The notes: generated by a model not told the origin, from the sequence alone. 64,000 nt of DNA from Rhizodiscina lignyota (GCA_010015805.1 ML978127.1:806001-870000), one strand, 5' to 3'. Positions 23,101 through 35,298 are shown, counted from the first letter of the stretch. Translations and numbers: made by a program.

Positions 23101-26100
23101 GAGCAATTAAGTACATGACGATGGCTTTGACGTTGACGAAGACGACGAGAGGTGAACCGACCGACCTAATGCAACGAAGCGAACGTGTCGCCCATAAGCC
23201 CGAATCGAAGAAGATGGAAAAGCGTGCAGGAAGGGTAGTGTGACCCGAGCACCAATCGCTAGCCAAATAAAGCCAGCAAAACAAAACTCCCTAGGCAGTC
23301 CTGACCGTTCACTGAGGTGCTGACATGCCTGATGCTGATTCGCTTTCTCCTTTGGTATGAGGTCCCGTAACGCCGCACGCAAAATGAGTAAAGGACACAG
23401 GCAAAAACATAAACGTCAACGTCAAAGGCCATCTTGTGTGAAATGCAATCTGGGAAGAAGGAAGGGGTGGATTTTGTAGGTTTTACCAACCCCGGCCGAA
23501 ACCACCGGCGTACATGGAGTTGTACCCACCTTGCCCAGCACCCTGACCTCCAGCTCCACCAGCGCCAAACAGTCCATGCCCACCGGCTGCGGCAGAGTTT
23601 TGATGCTGCTGCTGCAACCGCGCCGACAAAATACTCGGGTCCGCAACATTAACATCGACTACACCACCTCCAGAGGAGGAAGTGTTAGCATGCCTGTGCT
23701 TCTTCCCCTTTTTCTTCTGCTTCTGCGACGAGGCCACAGAGTCGGCGTAGCCGGACGCTGGCGGCCCATTGTACGGAGAGAAGCCGAGAAGACTGTGGCC
23801 AGGGGCAGGGCCTGCGGATGCTGGCGTGGTGGAGGTTGAAGGATAGTTGTGATGGGCAGGAGGTTGATGGTTGGGATGATGAAGGAGCGAAGAAAGATTA
23901 TACTCACGCTTTTGTGCGTCTGAAGCTTGACCCGCCGTCCCGCGTTGGCCCTGCATCATTTCTCTCAACAGTGCGTCTTGACGAGTTCCGGTATTGCCAC
24001 CGAAGCCGAGGCTGCTGTTGGCAAACCCATGACCTTGAGCAAACATAGCACCGCCACTCATAGGTGGAGTACCGGTTGTCTTTAGTCCAGGAGGAGGGCC
24101 TTGAACGCCACTTGAGAAGAATTGCGAGGACTGATTTTGGGAGAGTGGGTTGAAATGGCCGGCTTGTTGAGGCATCATTGACGACTGTTGATTCATGAGC
24201 TTGGGGTTGGCGACTGGCTTGATTGCTGCCGAGGATGAGGAGTCATTGGCAAATGAAAACCTCGACTGATTCCGTGCATGGCCAATAGCTCCAGCACCTT
24301 GCGGTAGTCCATGGTTCTGAAAGCTATTCAGAAGGCCTGCTGATTGGGGGGTGCCTGCGGATCTGAGCTGCTGTAGTAACACCTGTTGCTGCTGCTCACG
24401 AGGTGTAAGCCCGCGTCCGAGGTTCAGGTTTGAGATGTCGTCCGCAAGGCCACCGAGGCCTAGATGCGAAGAGCTGAGCTGTGAAGGTGGTTGAATGGCG
24501 TGCTGTTGCTGTACTAGATTGGCATCATGTCTCTCTTCCGGTTCGCCGCCAAGTTGCAAGCTTCCGCTAGCGCCTTCTGGGTGTTCATCTAAGTCTCCAG
24601 TTGCTATCGCCCTTGACACTGTTTGTGATTCAGCCTCCAATCTTCGACGTTCCGCTTCCTGCTCTTTGATCTGTCGTCGTTTTGCGCCTCCATTGGGATC
24701 GAAGAGTGGAGGAAAGTTGGACACGATCGTTAAGTCATCCTGGCCTAAGCTAGATGCGGCAAAGCAGAAATCAAGATCCGGGCTCGTGATCGCCTTTAGT
24801 AGACTGCTTAGATGGCTCTGTTGTGATGTTGAGGACTGCCTTGGAGGGTTTGTAGCTGGAACAGGATGTTTAGGAGCTTCGGTGACTTCTTCCGGCTGGG
24901 CTGCTTCCGACATTTCCTCTGCCGGAGAAATTACTTCAGACACCGATGGTGGTGCTTGCGATGCCGGCTCCGGCTTAGCGGCCATTGGACTTGCTGCAGA
25001 AGAGCTCGCAGTTGCTAGACTTGGTCTCCGACTTGTTTGAGCTTGCAAGGCTTTGTTTCCCCAATTCGCTGTTGATGGTAGGGCCGGGCCTTCCGCAGCA
25101 CTGCCGCTTGGACTTGACACAGCATCGCCACTTCCTTCTCTTTGCATCGGATGCGAGGCTGCACTGATCGGCTGTTGGGTCTGGGGAGGAGGCTGCGGTT
25201 GAGGAGGTCGAGTGGCGTTCGCGGTTGTTCGTGCTTGTTGTGGTTGTTGAGTGCCGATGACGTTCAAAGAAGACAAGTCATGCCTTGTAAAGCTTTCACT
25301 TTCTTCTCCAGGCTCGTGCAAGAACATGCAGTTCCTATTCGTGCAGTTTTCGCCACGTAAGAACGCTGAACAATACTTCGTCGTACCGTATTGCGCTCTG
25401 ATACCTGTTAGTGTATATACTTAAAAGCCTTGAACAAAATGCTTACCGTAACGTTCGATCTCCATTCTGCGATCCATCGACAGCCGCTATGCAGGTCGCA
25501 GCGTCTTCTTTCCGAGCGAATGTGACATAGACTCCCACCGATTGCGGAGGGTGCGATGCCTGCTTAGCTTTGCTGACTACGATCTTGATGATCTTGCCGT
25601 ATTGTCCAAAGTACTGTTCGCCTCGTAGTGTCTCCAACAACTGGTCCTCTTGTATGCGCGGGCTGAGGCCGGTGACATAGACAAGATTCTTCTGCACGAC
25701 GCGTAGGCCAGCGAGGTGTTTACGGTTCAGGTGGTCGGCTTCCTTTTTTTGCGCCTCCTTCTGCTTTGCTGCAGCCTGCTTCTTTTGTTTCGCTGCGTTG
25801 TCGGCCTTGTGAAGCGCCATCCTTGATTAAGTCAGTCGGCTGATGCTTCCAATGAGACGGTTGCAAGACTTACTCCTCTGGACTGACAGGCTTCCACTGT
25901 ATGTTTTTTTCGTCGTAGGGCCTCCGACATGCCGGACATAAGCCGTTCAGGGTGGTCTTGATGTTATTGTAGCAGAACTGGCATATCTGAACACAGTGTT
26001 AAGAGTCAGTGTCTTCGACCGCGTGATGAGTGAACATACCTGGTAGCCGCAGGGACAAGGCTTGAAGCTCTTGTCCATGAGATCGAACTCCTCGACGCAT

Positions 26101-26159
26101 AGTGGGCAGACTTCTTCCTCATCGTCGTCGATGAACTGGTCTTCTTGTATGCGCGACAT
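20185..26159 (-). CDS. NOT4: Not4 long isoform(s) using the 22808-20185 terminal exon (about 1699 or 1573 aa)
   Basis: Acceptor with polypyrimidine tract, GCTAAC branch and CAG ending at 22809. Donors G|GTGGGT (23529) and C|GTGAGT (23907) are both phase 1 and splice in frame into the 877-aa ORF, which ends in a coiled-coil-like EALEKKLVGLVKRNRKM. Confidence 0.75.
22979..23433 (-). other. Long-range inverted repeats (competing RNA helices) in the NOT4 intron / alternative 3'UTR
   Basis: 23414-23433 is complementary to 23120-23138 (19 bp, one bulge). 23134-23151 is complementary to 22984-23001 (18 bp, one G-U on the minus-strand RNA). Confidence 0.8.
23483..26159 (-). CDS. NOT4: CCR4-NOT E3 ubiquitin ligase Not4/Mot2, short isoform (about 840 aa)
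   Basis: RING CPLC...CPCGYQICQFC...CPAC, RRM (RVVQKNLVYVTGL...YFGQYGKIIKI...VYVTF), CCCH finger TKYCSAFLRGENCTNRNCMFLHE. Introns 26039-25987, 25873-25822 and 25446-25398. Ends YAGGFGRGW*. Confidence 0.95.
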
Positions 26160-26559
26160 TGCAGAGGACTCGAGGGAGGAGAGTGGCGGCGGACAAGGCG
26201 TGAGGAAGGTGAACGGCCGTGCACTTCTCTGAAGGGAAAGGGATTCAAAGTTATTAAGGTACACGAAGAGGAAGGCATATAAGGAACGCGTAAAACGTAG
26301 GACACGTGTGTCGGATGCGATTGTTTTGGGTTGGTGGTACAGAGATGAAGAAAGAGACGACGTGAAGCAGCTGCCCCAAACTCTGTACACGCTTCGCCGC
26401 TTGCCAAGCCTAGCTCGCCTTACATAAGCCGCGAGAGCTGTCGGAAGCTCTCCAGACGAAAGACATCACCGCCTGCATCTGCAGCAGAACAGCAATTGCT
26501 TTCCTCTGCAGCACGATTTTGCTCCAATGCTAATCAGAAGCCATTGACCTCCTCCAGCC

Positions 26560-27796
26560 ATGGTTCTTCGGCTATCCACAAGCCGCTCTCTGAGCGCTGC
26601 GGCGCGATCAGCCACCCGATCTCGCTCCCATATTACCGCACGCACATTCGCGTCAAGCGCAGTCAGAAGTAAAGATATTGCAGGAGAGAATGTGAACCTT
26701 CCGAACATGAGGGTATGTCTTGGAGCTCTCAGAGGCCTCGAGCTGCAGGCTGAGGCTTGCGAAGATCTCAACCTGTTCACAAGGGATTGCGCCGCTAACG
26801 TCAACATAGTTCGCCCAAAGGCCGAAGCAGGACGAGCAGTTAAAGGCTCCTATAGTGAATCCCTCCGACAAGTATGCAGACAAGGCAGAGGGCCTTCACA
26901 AATATGGCCAATACCTCATGTCATGTCTACCGAAATACATTCAGCAGTTCAGCGTTTGGAAAGACGAACTCACGGTCAGCTACTCTGACCCAGCAGTCTA
27001 CTGTGTAGAACTGATGTTCATTAGATATACATTCCCCCGAGTGGTGTTACTCCTGTATTCTCGTTCCTCAAATACCATACGGCCGCCGAATACACACAGG
27101 TCTCAGATATCACAGTGGGTCACAGTGGTACACATGATCGGTCGGGATTCCGCTAATATCCATAGTGTGTCGATTATCCCACTAAAGATCAACGTTTTGA
27201 GGTGGTGAGTTATTCTGTCTTAGAAGGTGAAATCCCGAGCCCTGCTAACTTGGCCTTGTGCTATAGGTTTACAACATGCTGAGTATCCGGCATAATAGCC
27301 GGATTCGTGTCAAGACATATGCAGATGAGGCTACACCCGTTCCGAGCATCACACCCCTCTATGATGGCGCAAACTGGTATGAGCGGGAAGCATACGACCT
27401 CTTTGGTGTCTTCTTTGTTGGACATCCTGATCTCCGAAGAATCATGACCGACTACGGATTCGACGGCCATCCTCTTCGCAAAGATTTCCCAATGACGGGG
27501 TGTGTATATCGGTGCTCCAGATTCTTAATATATGCTGACGAAGATTAGATACACTGAGATCAGATATGATGAGGAGAAAAAGCGCATTGTTGTTGAGCCC
27601 TTAGAGATGACTCAAGCTTATGTCAGTATGCTCACAGCCTGGATTTTGCAATCACTAACATCCACTGCAGAGGAACTTCAGAGGAGGGTCAGCTACATGG
27701 GAACAGGTTGGTCCTGGAGATGACCGCAAGCCAGATTCGTTCCAATTGCCGACACCAAAGCCGGAGCCACCGAAGGAGGAAGAAAAGAAAAAATAG
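26560..27796 (+). CDS. NDUFS3: NADH:ubiquinone oxidoreductase 30 kDa subunit (complex I), 6 introns
   Basis: Arg/Ser-rich mitochondrial presequence. [78 protein letters not shown]. Stop TAG at 27794-27796. Confidence 0.96.
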
Positions 27797-28467
27797 ACTT
27801 CTTCGACATACCCTCCTGTACATACTCTCGTCATCTATATATGCTAGACGCCTGTAAGATGTGTTGCTCGGCAAAAGCACAAGTGGAATGTAACAGGCTC
27901 CCGCCTTTGAACAAACGGACATGCTCCTTTGGCAGCCTCCCATTGCGAGGATAGCATTTCCACGCAAGTCTTCTGACCTCGATCTTTATATTTCCAGACA
28001 AATATGCAATTACGGTTTGTGAGTGGTGTAGTTTCTCGCAACAGTCACAGGCTCTATTCAATTTAGCTTGTCGAGCAACCCGATGTCCAAATCAGGTACG
28101 AATGTAAGTACGAAGAAACAACATTACAAAGCTAGAGGTAACGTTGCACTTCTCAGGACTTTTTGGGTTGCAGGTCAAGCTCGTATATTGAATTTCTGAG
28201 TCACTCCATATGCACGAAAACAACTTCCCATAACACGTGGCCGAGTACTCGGTCCGAGTACTTTCACATATATCCTTCTCACATCTCCTCCACTGGCATT
28301 TGAAGCTCTATGAATTACCCAGTCTCTTCCGATTTTCAATTGGGCTCCGCCAAGTACTTACAAAGCTCTTCCCCGCTTCTCGGCTGCTGATTCCCGATCG
28401 AGCTATCTTCAAGGCTCTTTTACGTTCATCGAAAAGCTCGTGGACACCGGTAGCAGATTATACTGAC

Positions 28468-29238
28468 ATGGCTCAATTCACTGTCAAGACGAACCCGGAC
28501 ACAGATATCTGGTAAGGGCCTTGGACTACCCTTAGCAGAGAATGTAGAATTGACATTACATTTTAGGCGGAAGCCTCCGTCAGCGAATGCGTTCAATTCC
28601 ACAGTCCACGCGCTTCCTGAGCATACCAGCCAGCCGCTCCGTAATTTCCAACACGCGAGGATTACGGTCAAAGCCGATTGGGCAGCACAGGTAAATATTC
28701 TGTGCCCATGCATCAGGTGTTTCGAGCTGAACTAACAAAAACCTTGGTAAAGTACGATCAAGGTGGCATACTATTGCACCTGAGCAAGCCTGGTCTCAAA
28801 TGCCACGGCTGTGATTTTAACCAGCCGCTAAAGTCGTCTGATCATGACCAGTGCAAGTGGCTGAAGACTGGCATTGAGTTGTACAACGGCTCGACACTCA
28901 TCAGTACCGTTTGCTGCGACAACTACGCTGACTGGAGCGTCCTACCAGTTGCAGCTACCTCAACCAACTTGAGCGAGGTGACGCTTGAGCTGCAGCGGGA
29001 GCAGGACAAGAATGGCAAGAGCCTTTGGCTGTATCAAATTCTTCCGGACGGCAGTGGGAGCGAGAAGAAGGTCCCATTGAGAGAGGTTGCGTGGATGTTC
29101 GCTTTGGATGACGAGTATAGCATTGGTGTCGGGGCATATGCAGCAAGGCCAGCCACTAAAGACGATGTGGCGAGTTTGGGAAAGAGAGATGGGGTGCTGG
29201 AGGTTGACGTTAAGGGCTATGTAGTAGACTTTGCGTGA
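28468..29238 (+). CDS. DUF1349 (concanavalin-A-like, Ree1-like) protein, multi-exon
   Basis: PDTDIW|RKPP, YDQGGILL, KWLKTGIELYNG, DNYADWSV, PLREVAW, VGAYAARP. Confidence 0.8.
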
Positions 29239-29284
29239 GCAGAAGCTGGTAAGGGTATATCAAGTGTCAAAGAGACCGTCTCGT

Positions 29285-29312
29285 ATCAAGCGCATCAAGC
29301 GCACCAAGCGCA
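29285..29312. repeat. Short tandem repeat (ATCAAGCGC) x3
   Basis: ATCAAGCGC ATCAAGCGC ACCAAGCGC just downstream of the DUF1349 stop. Confidence 0.7.
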
Positions 29313-29938
29313 TTGTCGTAGTCCAAAACAACATCATTATTTCTGAGAACTTTCGAGAACATCTTAGTCTGTCATCAAACAGTTCCTTTCAAATTTTCAG
29401 AGGGAACAATGAGCTCACAGACAGACCAGTAAAGCGAGATAGTCTTCAAAGCGCTGGTTTGAAACCGACTTCACCAAACCGCGAAGCGCATAGACATACA
29501 GGTTCGGTGTGTCAGTCATGCTGTCTCAAGGATGAATTGAGGTGACGCCTGCTGAGCACAACAATTTGCTTTAGGGTTTGGGAATAAAGATTCGAATAGG
29601 AGTTACGCATGAGCAAGTGTTACTCTGGAGACTCCAAGCAACGCTCAAGATTTAGAGACAATTTACATTCGATTTCACCTATAGACATATGCAACGCGTG
29701 ACGAGCACTATCCGGTAGCCCCGGCCAACGCACGATGGCAGTGGCCTGCCTGATGCAAGCCTGTACCAATGAATGTCTTCAACCAACTCCCGTGGCTGCT
29801 TTTCCGATACACACTCAACGCCAATCCCAATGCAAAATGCAAAATGCTTGTGCGCGTCGATCGAAAACAAACTGAGATGTAAGTGTGCCTTCCCAAGCAC
29901 GTACTGTTCGTTGGTCATACCTCGTAATCATAGCCTCA

Positions 29939-32900
29939 TCATCTCTCTTCTTCCTCGTGCACCACTGGACTTGCAGGTGCTGCAATACTTCTCTTGCTCC
30001 GCATGCTCATGCTCCTCCCCGGGCTTGCTGGCGCGATTGGGCTCACCGGGCTTCGTGGTGGAGTGCGCGTACTGCGTATTGAGCCACCGCTCAACTGCCT
30101 TCCATGCTGTGCGAGTGCCGTGTTCACAGGAGTGGTTGGTCGGCTTTTGGTAAGTTTTTTGCCACTTCTCGTCCTTGTAAGATTCTCTGGCACAAAATTC
30201 GAAGTATCTCGTGTGGCTTCAGTGATATTGCTTGCGCTAACACCATCGCCGGGCGCCGTGTTGCTTCGACTGCGCGTGCCGTAAACTTGGTTGAGGCTGT
30301 TGACGTATTCTGGGTGAATCCTGCCGAGGGAAATGTCTTCGTAGCTTGGACGGGCTGACAGACGGCCCTGACCTGGATGTGAAGTCATTGAAGCGTAACT
30401 TGACACGCGCGGCCGGTTTGTCAGGCTGTTGCTGCGGCTATGTAAATTTCGCCTCACAGGAGGCTCAGTGGCTTGCACGTCCGGAAAGGCTTCAGCACCG
30501 GACGCTGCCTGGTCTTGCGACTGCACGGTCTCCAGCTGATTCTGTGTAAATTCATCAGTGAAGTCACGGCTCCATGTGCTTCTATGTTGCCTTGCTCCAT
30601 ATGGTAGCGATGATCTTGACAGGTTAGACGTCATGCTTAGAGCCCTGCTTCGGCGGCTGCCAACAGCAGCTTTGTTGCTCGCGATAGCATCTTCCGTCTT
30701 CTCCGCTGATGAAGGCACTTCATCATTCGACTCTTGTACATCCTCGAGCGCCGCCGTTGAGGTCATCCCCTCCCCTTTGATTTCGGACATGAATTCACGA
30801 TCTTCATCTTCCACTTTTGCGATGCGTGAAACCCTGTTGACCTTGAAATACGGTTCTGTCGGCAAAGCTGGTTCCGAAACGACCTTCGCCAACTTCTTCT
30901 CTTTTTTAGGTTTCGGTGGTGGTGCAACACCAGTCGATGCGTACTCCAGATGTTGGAAATACCTGGTCCTAAACTTGAGCCACTTCCTTGGACGGAATTC
31001 CTCGTCTTTGCGGTTGCGAGTGACGCTGAACCATGAGCTGATCGCGCCCACCACAATAGCAATGAACAAAACGATAGTAAGGATCCCCTGGATCACAATG
31101 ATGACTATTCCAATAGCCGTGGTGGTGATGCGCTGGAGGTTGAAGCTCACATCAAAAGCTGCACTCAGTGCGACAGTGGCCACTTTGCTGAAGCCAAGAC
31201 AATACACCACCAGGGCGTTCAGTCTTTGTCCTTCAAACGGCCTGAGGTAGATAATGGCGATGAAAGCAATGATCTCAACCGCAAGTAGCCCGAAGACCTG
31301 AGTCATTGCATGCCCACTCGCACCCGCGAAGAAGCAAGCACGAACAAGCTCGTAGACCAGCCATGCTGCGAAGAACCACCACCTTGTGCGGCGGAAGCGG
31401 CTTGCGAGCCAACCAAACTTCCTTATGTACCCTTCATCTTCATGCACGTGCTTGTCGCCTTCCGGCGGGACATGGCCGAAGCGCCAAGCCGGAATCGATC
31501 CCAGGTAATGCGTCTCGGTTTCTTCGGGGTGCTTGCTCCGCCTGGAGACGCCGAAATATGGAAAGACATGCAACAAGTTCTTGCGCTCAAGCAAGAGGCG
31601 ATCCGGCTCATTCACCCACTTCCCGTATCGAAGGCGATAATAGCAAGCATATCCAGCAATGCCAAACATGCCAACCACGAATATGACGAAGACTATGGCT
31701 GCAATCGCAATCACAGCAGATGCGCCCCTGTATGTGGATTGGAAGAGAGTCAAGAACGTCATCATGAAAAATGCAATAAAGCATGTTCGTAGTGCCGCTT
31801 GAGCAGTATAAAGGAGCCAATGTCGGCGGAAGTAGTTGAATCGTTCGGATTTCATGGCCTTGAGCCTCGCTAGGGCTTCAAGAAGGAACTTGAAGGCAAC
31901 AACCGAGACGCAGACGCAGAGAAGTAAGATCAAAAACCAGATCAGACCGGTGAGAAACGCATTCGAGGCCGGGATTTTTTCGTCCCCAAGAGTACCGGCA
32001 AAGCCAGAAAAATTGCCTGGAAGAGGGAGGCCACGAGTGACTGGATTCCCGTACCATTTGAAGCCATCAGTTGAGTTGAGTAGAGTACGCTTTGCCAGGT
32101 GTGTCCCGGCCATAGCGGGTTTTGACTCTCCCAGGAACGTTTCCATAGCATTAGGCAGTCGACGCGTGTACAACTTGTCCTTTATCGCACTGAGTCCATC
32201 CTGTAATGTTGGAATACTTCTCTTCCGGTAGATTTGTGAGATGTCGTAACCACCACCGACATCAACAGTGGTGCCAGTGCCCGCAGCTCCAACCATTGAG
32301 GTATTGCCCACATTGTTTCCAATGAAGTTGCTGATGGAGTCTTGCATCGAAGTCACGTAGATCATGCCCGCGGACCACGCATAGTTGCTCCAGAAAGCAG
32401 GGAGGACGCTGGGCCAGTTTACGGAGAGTGCTCCGGTGAAGAAGATATGCTGGTAGACGGCAAAGACGACCAGCACAGAAAGCGAATGCGCGTAGTGAGT
32501 TCGCATGGTTGGAATTTCATCCCCATAGACTGTTGTAGCGAATGAGGCGACCAAGGCAACGAAGGCGAATATACCAAGGATGGGGCCAACGGATTGCGGC
32601 TGAGAGAAGGTGGCGCCGTTAGTCAATCTCGCAGAGAAACACCCTATTTGGTAGCCATCCGTGATTGATATATTTGCGAAGATACGCATGATGGCTTGTC
32701 CTTCGAAGTCCGGAATGCTGTAGGCGATACCTAGGCACGTTAGCTTCAAATAGTATTTCTAGAAGGGATAGTCTGCCGTACTGGGAATAGTGTCAAGTGT
32801 GTTCTGGCCGATCGGGATATTAAAGCTCGCCTCAATCGGTACACTCGCATTCATCGGGCACAGGCTGTTGATGTTGGCGTTGCAAGGATTGAATGGCAAT

Positions 32901-33308
32901 TCCCAGTATGTCTTCAATTGAAGGTTAGCGCATGTGTAGAGTGCCAATTGGCGGGGCCTCTACCTTTCCATATGCATATACCGCCAGGTACACCATCAAC
33001 GACTGGTTCAGCAATGCCGTTTCCCCAGCCCAGTGTACCAACACGGTCATATTGTCCGTGTATAGCGCCGCATCAAACCTGGTCAAATTGACCAAGCTGT
33101 CCCCCTCGCAGTCGCCAAAGTCACCAGTATACAACGCCGGTTTCCGAAAGTTGTTCAGCCATACGGACTGGCCCTGGCTGTTCTCATACGAAATCCACTC
33201 GCCACTTTTCGGGTTAATCGTGATCGTATCCCCCTCGACCGAGAGTTGTACATTCGAGAGAAAGGTGAGGAGGATGAGGAACACCGAGCGCAGTGAAAAG
33301 GCGGCCAT
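29939..33308 (-). CDS. Fungal TRP-like membrane protein (Flc/Pkd2 flavin-carrier family) with N-terminal ML-like domain
   Basis: Signal peptide. FNPCNANINSLCPM, GIAYSIPDFEG, GCFSARLTNGATF, GALSVNWP, FWSNYAW, KFGWLASRFRR, LRPFEGQRLN. Long disordered C-terminal tail. Confidence 0.88.
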
Positions 33309-35298
33309 TACGAATACGGTCGATTAGAAATTACTGTAGCTGAGCGAAGGAAAAGTGTCGAGCCGTCGACTTGTGAGTTGTCGAAGAAGATATGTCGGTC
33401 CTGGCCACTACCATTTACTATCTCGGGTTGCTCCAGAAATAGCGAAAGGAGGGATTGACCAGGGCTTGAAACGATTCTGGAATTGCTAACGAGGTTCTCC
33501 AGAGCTGTACAGGTGCGAGAGAATACCAGGCCGGCGCTGTTCGGGATGCACGGCGTGCAATTGTGTCCTTGCGACTGATGGACTATGGAGATAGCGGAGT
33601 GTGCGCGCCGGATATGGTGGTTTGGCAGCTGCGGGCTATTTGCTCAAGCTGCTGTGCAGACAAGAGCAGCAACGAAAGTGTTCAGCATTGGGAGCATTTC
33701 CCGGTGGTCGAGCGAAAGTAGGATGTCGGAGGAAGAGGTCACACAAGGAGAGCCAGTAGGTTGGGCGGGTGTGCTGGTAGTTTTGGCAGCTTGCGCGTGC
33801 ATGTGGATGCGATCCCGGCACAGCGGTGGTGGTGTCTCCACTCTCGTGTCAAGCTTCAAGCTTTGGCTCCCAAACGGCCGAGCTAGCTGCATCAACCGCA
33901 GCCACAGAAACGAAACAATGGCGTCATATGGATGGCTTTCCGCCCGCAAACTATCCAGCTATTCGCTTCACGCCCACTCCAGCGCCCTCTTCCCCGACAG
34001 CATACATACATACAGTAGGGGCACAGCGCCGGAGCGCTTCACACCACCGTTCTCCGAGCGGCCTGGATTGATTACGAAGTGGTCGATTTATCCCAACCCC
34101 CGGTGCGAGCACGTTCCCGGTGCGGCTCTACTCAGGAGAAGCTCCACAACAAATGATCCAGTCGCACGGTTCGTGCCCAGCGACTGCGCCCATTGTCGCT
34201 GCTCGAATGCGCAGTCTCAGTCTCAAGGTTGTTTCTGTAACACTGATGGCCTCTGCAAGCGCCGACTTGCTGCTCGTGTGACATGGACTTCAGTTCAATA
34301 TACCTCCGCTCCGCGTACAGCAGAGGAAGAGTGTTTGTCACTGTTCGTCAGCTAAGCAATGTATTGGATTGCCATGTACCTACCTATTTGTATTCCGGCT
34401 GATCGTATTCCTTCGAGCGCCTGTCGCCGCGCAGTGGGGAAACGTGCTCACTCCAACTCTCCACAGCTCTCGCGAATCCGCACATCGACTGTCCGTTAGC
34501 TGCATAAAGCTACCACAAGACCTCCGGCCGTTCCGCTGGCGAGTCTGTCGAAGCGAGCGCTTCTCTGGTAGAGCGATGCGTACACCCCGCAACTTCTACG
34601 ACGGCGTCGCATCGATCGGCTTTGCTTCTGCAAGAGTGCTTAAAAGCCGGTTTTCAAGACTGAAAATGGTGGCTGGGAGTACGAGCTTACCGGGCGGAAG
34701 ATTAACGCATCCCGAAAAAGGAAATCCGAGATCTATGATGTGAGCCACAGCAGTGAGCGGTTCGCCGATCTACGCCAGAGAACGCGGCGTGAGCGGGAAG
34801 ACGGGCACGCTACCAATCGTGGACCACCAAACGGTTCTCTGGGGCTGAAAGCCAATGAGCCTCATTGTGCGTTGATATTAGCTGGTTCAGAGTCAATGAG
34901 CTCGAAATGATGCAACAGTTGCGATCGTGAAAGTACTTACAATAGTCAGACCCATGCGCAAGACTTTAATCAAACTGACTGTGACTCCCTAGCAAATACG
35001 AAAAATATGAGTCTGGAGGCTTTCATCGACGAATCGAACGACTTGGAACGACAACTGTACTGTAGTGCTTGCCGAAGGATCTTCATGTTAACAAACCAAA
35101 GCTGGAAATCCTCCAGAGTAGAACAGTACAGTGAGACATATCATACTTTATTTCCGTGTTATCTGGGTATCAACCAAAAGACAATGCTGCTACTTGAATG
35201 CTAGTCGCTTCGTGTACTTCATATTCGAACGGATGCTTCAGTGATCTGGCCTTCCACTTGCCGTATATCCCGCATAGACTCATAGCTTCAGATGTATT

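Noticed and set aside
29451..29490. GC-rich stem-loop (GCGCTGGTTTG...CAAACC...AGCGC) resembling a tRNA fragment
   Set aside because: No cloverleaf and no convincing A/B boxes. Probably a chance or 3'UTR hairpin.
33585..34355. 256-aa plus-strand ORF
   Set aside because: Cys/Arg/Ser/Trp-rich composition with no motif. It lies in the upstream region of the TRP-like gene, so it is not called as a CDS.
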